Part shown: piece after piece, positions 61,910-64,000 of the stretch
Position numbering within the stretch: position 1 is the first letter of the stretch
Layout of the letters: each line of letters starts with the position of its first letter
Source: an uncultured bacterium
Lineage (GTDB): Bacteria; Zixibacteria; MSB-5A5; CAIYYT01
NCBI GenBank assembly: GCA_963726455.1
Contig: CAVSCK010000003.1
Location: forward strand, 704,001-768,000
Direction: 5' to 3'
Length of the DNA: 64,000 nucleotides
The notes under the pieces: model-generated
Databases searched by the model: none
What the model saw: the letters and a program-made list of their open reading frames with translations, nothing else
Told to the model about the DNA's origin: nothing
Made by a program: the position numbers and the translations under genes

Positions 61910-62356
61910 TCAGCTGATCGGAAGCACCAGTACAGGCACATGCGTGGCGGCCACAATGTGCTCGGCGCCACTTCCCTTGATATGCTCCAGCAAGTGATCG
62001 CGACCCGTGGTGGTTAGTATTATCAAGTCGCACCCGAGTTGCTCAGCTACCTCAAGAATCTCCTTGTGTGGATCGCCTTCGCGTATGAGAAACTGATGCG
62101 GAATGTCTTCGCCACCCGCCTGCCGCAATTCGGTTTCCATGATCTTCTGTGCGGCAACCGCGGTATCACTTTCATCGGCCACAAAATCATGCCGCGACAC
62201 TCGCAGCATAATCATCTCTTTCTTGTCCATAAATTCCGGGCGGACATTCAGCAACACCAACTCGGCTCCGCTTAATCGTGCGAGTTTGACACCGTAGCTG
62301 ATTGCAGCTATCGATCGTTCGCCCAGTTCGGTGGGACAGAGTATCTTTTTGAACAT
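61910..62356 (-). CDS. Universal stress protein
   Basis: FKKILCPT, GDPHKEIL, DLIIL, GSGAEHIV..PVLVL. Confidence 0.92.
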   Translation of the reverse strand: MFKKILCPTELGERSIAAISYGVKLARLSGAELVLLNVRPEFMDKKEMIMLRVSRHDFVADESDTAVAAQKIMETELRQAGGEDIPHQFLIREGDPHKEILEVAEQLGCDLIILTTTGRDHLLEHIKGSGAEHIVAATHVPVLVLPIS

Positions 62357-62370
62357 TCTGAATTCCTCCT

Positions 62371-63987
62371 CTAGATAAACGAAACCACGTCTATCAAAAT
62401 GAAGATCGGCACCAGAATGCCAATCGACCAGAGCATGTACCCGAAGAAGCTCGGCATACGTATGCGCGACGCCTCGGCAATGGAGCGCACCATGAAATTC
62501 GGTGCGTTACCAATATATGTCATGGCGCCAAAGAATACTGAACCGGTCGATATGGCCAGAAGTTCCTTCACGAATTGCGTTGCACCGGAATGCGCCAGGT
62601 TGCTGCTGAGGATATTGGTAACGTCGGCAGGATTGATGCCGAGATTGCCCAGCGACAGATTAAAGAATGTCAAATAAGTCGGCGCATTGTCCAGGAATGC
62701 TGACAGCCCTCCCGATGCCCAGAAGAAACGCGCCGGAGTGTCAACTGCATTTACCAAAAACGCAGCCGCGCCGTTCTGGCCGGCTCGCAGGATCAACAAC
62801 GGCGCGGAAATAGTAACGAAGATTCCGAAGAACAGGATGGCAACTTCGCGGATCGGCTCCCAGGTAAAGTCGTTGGCAGAGCGATATTCCTTTCGGGTAG
62901 TAACGAGACTGACAATCGCCAGAATCGCAATGGCCAGGTCGCGCAATACCGACTGATATGTGAATTGAATTCCGAGAAGCGAGAAGCTGCCCAGCGATAA
63001 ACTTCCCGACATCAGCACCGCCCCGACAATTCCGAGAGTAAGCAGCAAATTGTGCCATCCGAGAATTGTCAGTTTCTCGCCTTGATCCGAGTCGATCACA
63101 TCTTTCGCGCCTTCCTTGCGCAGCAAGACACTATCGACAATGAAATACGCAATCAGCAACGGCACGGCAGCCAACAACATCATTGACCATAGTTTCAGTG
63201 TCCAGAAAAATGGCACACCCCGAAGGAAGCCTAGAAACAACGGCGGATCACCCAGTGGGGTCAGTCCACCGCCGATATTCGCGACCAGAAAGATGAAGAA
63301 TACAATCGTATGCACCTTGTACTTGCGCCCTTTGTTTGCGCGAATGAGGGGGCGAATTAGCAACATCGCGGCTCCGGTCGTTCCCATCCACGACGCGAGC
63401 AACGTTCCAATCAAAAGTATGGACGTATTTACGATCGGTCTGCCAACGAGCGTACCGCGGAGATAGATACCACCCGACACGATGAACAGGCCCCCGATCA
63501 GAATGAGAAAAGGTACATAATCCGCCAACAGGACGTGCAGCAGTTCATAGATTCCCTCGCCTCGATACGCATAGATGAGGGGTATCGCCAGGATCAGCGC
63601 CCAAAACAACGAGATTTTCGGAAAATGATGATGCCAGAATGCCGGCGCCATCAACGGTACTATCGCAATCGAAAGCAGAATTCCGACAAAAGGCAGACCA
63701 CTCCAGAGGGGAAGCTGTCGGCCGATCTCTTCTCGTTCAGTTACATTGGCCGCCGCCGGTTGCTGGATCTGAACCATATTCTTAGGTGCAGGGTTTTCGC
63801 GCGTGGCACGTCCAAGTGCATTCGACGACAAGAGACAGATTAACAAGAAGAATATGGTCAGGGTAGACTGTCGTAATGAAGTACGAGTGCGGAATGCGGT
63901 TGCGGCTGTCATTGCGGCAATCATAATAGCCCAAGCGATACCAGATGGCAACAGGCAATTGCCCGTTCCCATGCTTGCATTTCGCAA
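62371..63987 (-). CDS. Putative Na+/H+ antiporter (ion transporter superfamily)
   Basis: LPFVGILLSIA, GTTGAAML, NIGGGLTPLGDPPLFLG, LDNAPTYL, TYIGNAPNFMV; true start probably downstream of 63987. Confidence 0.88.
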   Translation of the reverse strand: MRNASMGTGNCLLPSGIAWAIMIAAMTAATAFRTRTSLRQSTLTIFFLLICLLSSNALGRATRENPAPKNMVQIQQPAAANVTEREEIGRQLPLWSGLPFVGILLSIAIVPLMAPAFWHHHFPKISLFWALILAIPLIYAYRGEGIYELLHVLLADYVPFLILIGGLFIVSGGIYLRGTLVGRPIVNTSILLIGTLLASWMGTTGAAMLLIRPLIRANKGRKYKVHTIVFFIFLVANIGGGLTPLGDPPLFLGFLRGVPFFWTLKLWSMMLLAAVPLLIAYFIVDSVLLRKEGAKDVIDSDQGEKLTILGWHNLLLTLGIVGAVLMSGSLSLGSFSLLGIQFTYQSVLRDLAIAILAIVSLVTTRKEYRSANDFTWEPIREVAILFFGIFVTISAPLLILRAGQNGAAAFLVNAVDTPARFFWASGGLSAFLDNAPTYLTFFNLSLGNLGINPADVTNILSSNLAHSGATQFVKELLAISTGSVFFGAMTYIGNAPNFMVRSIAEASRIRMPSFFGYMLWSIGILVPIFILIDVVSFI

Positions 63988-64000
63988 AACGATTTCATAG

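Overview
About 55 protein-coding genes; I recognised no rRNA, tRNA, CRISPR array, integrase or transposase. The organism is probably a Zixibacteria-like FCB-group bacterium. This is an inference from the repeated C-terminal dockerin-like modules ([22 protein letters not shown]), a cohesin-like protein and a PNPFNP..FlgD/T9SS-type C-terminal domain. The main feature is a minus-strand operon at 1-14517 encoding a Bacteroidota-type (subtype iii-like) type VI secretion tail: ClpV/TssH as two ORFs, then TssB, TssC, TssD/Hcp, VgrG, TssE, TssF, TssG and TssK. Instead of recognisable TssNOPQR or TssJLM, these are followed by a C-tail-anchored protein, a membrane-anchored TRAFAC-class GTPase and a GAP1-N-like protein that runs off the window edge. 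Other features: squalene synthase-like gene, nfi, thiN, secreted peptidases, a CymR-like Rrf2-cysK pair followed by a candidate sigma54-dependent sRNA, CIRCE-groES-groEL, a HicAB-SecB toxin-antitoxin-chaperone module, a REP/IS481-end repeat mosaic around orphan lipoprotein genes, two PEP-CTERM genes with sigma54/IHF/enhancer motifs, an octaheme HAO-family cytochrome, and a pth-rpsF-rpsR-rplI block. Nine apparent single-base insertions (tssC x5, hcp, groEL x2, one DUF6144-like gene) look like sequencing errors rather than pseudogenisation.
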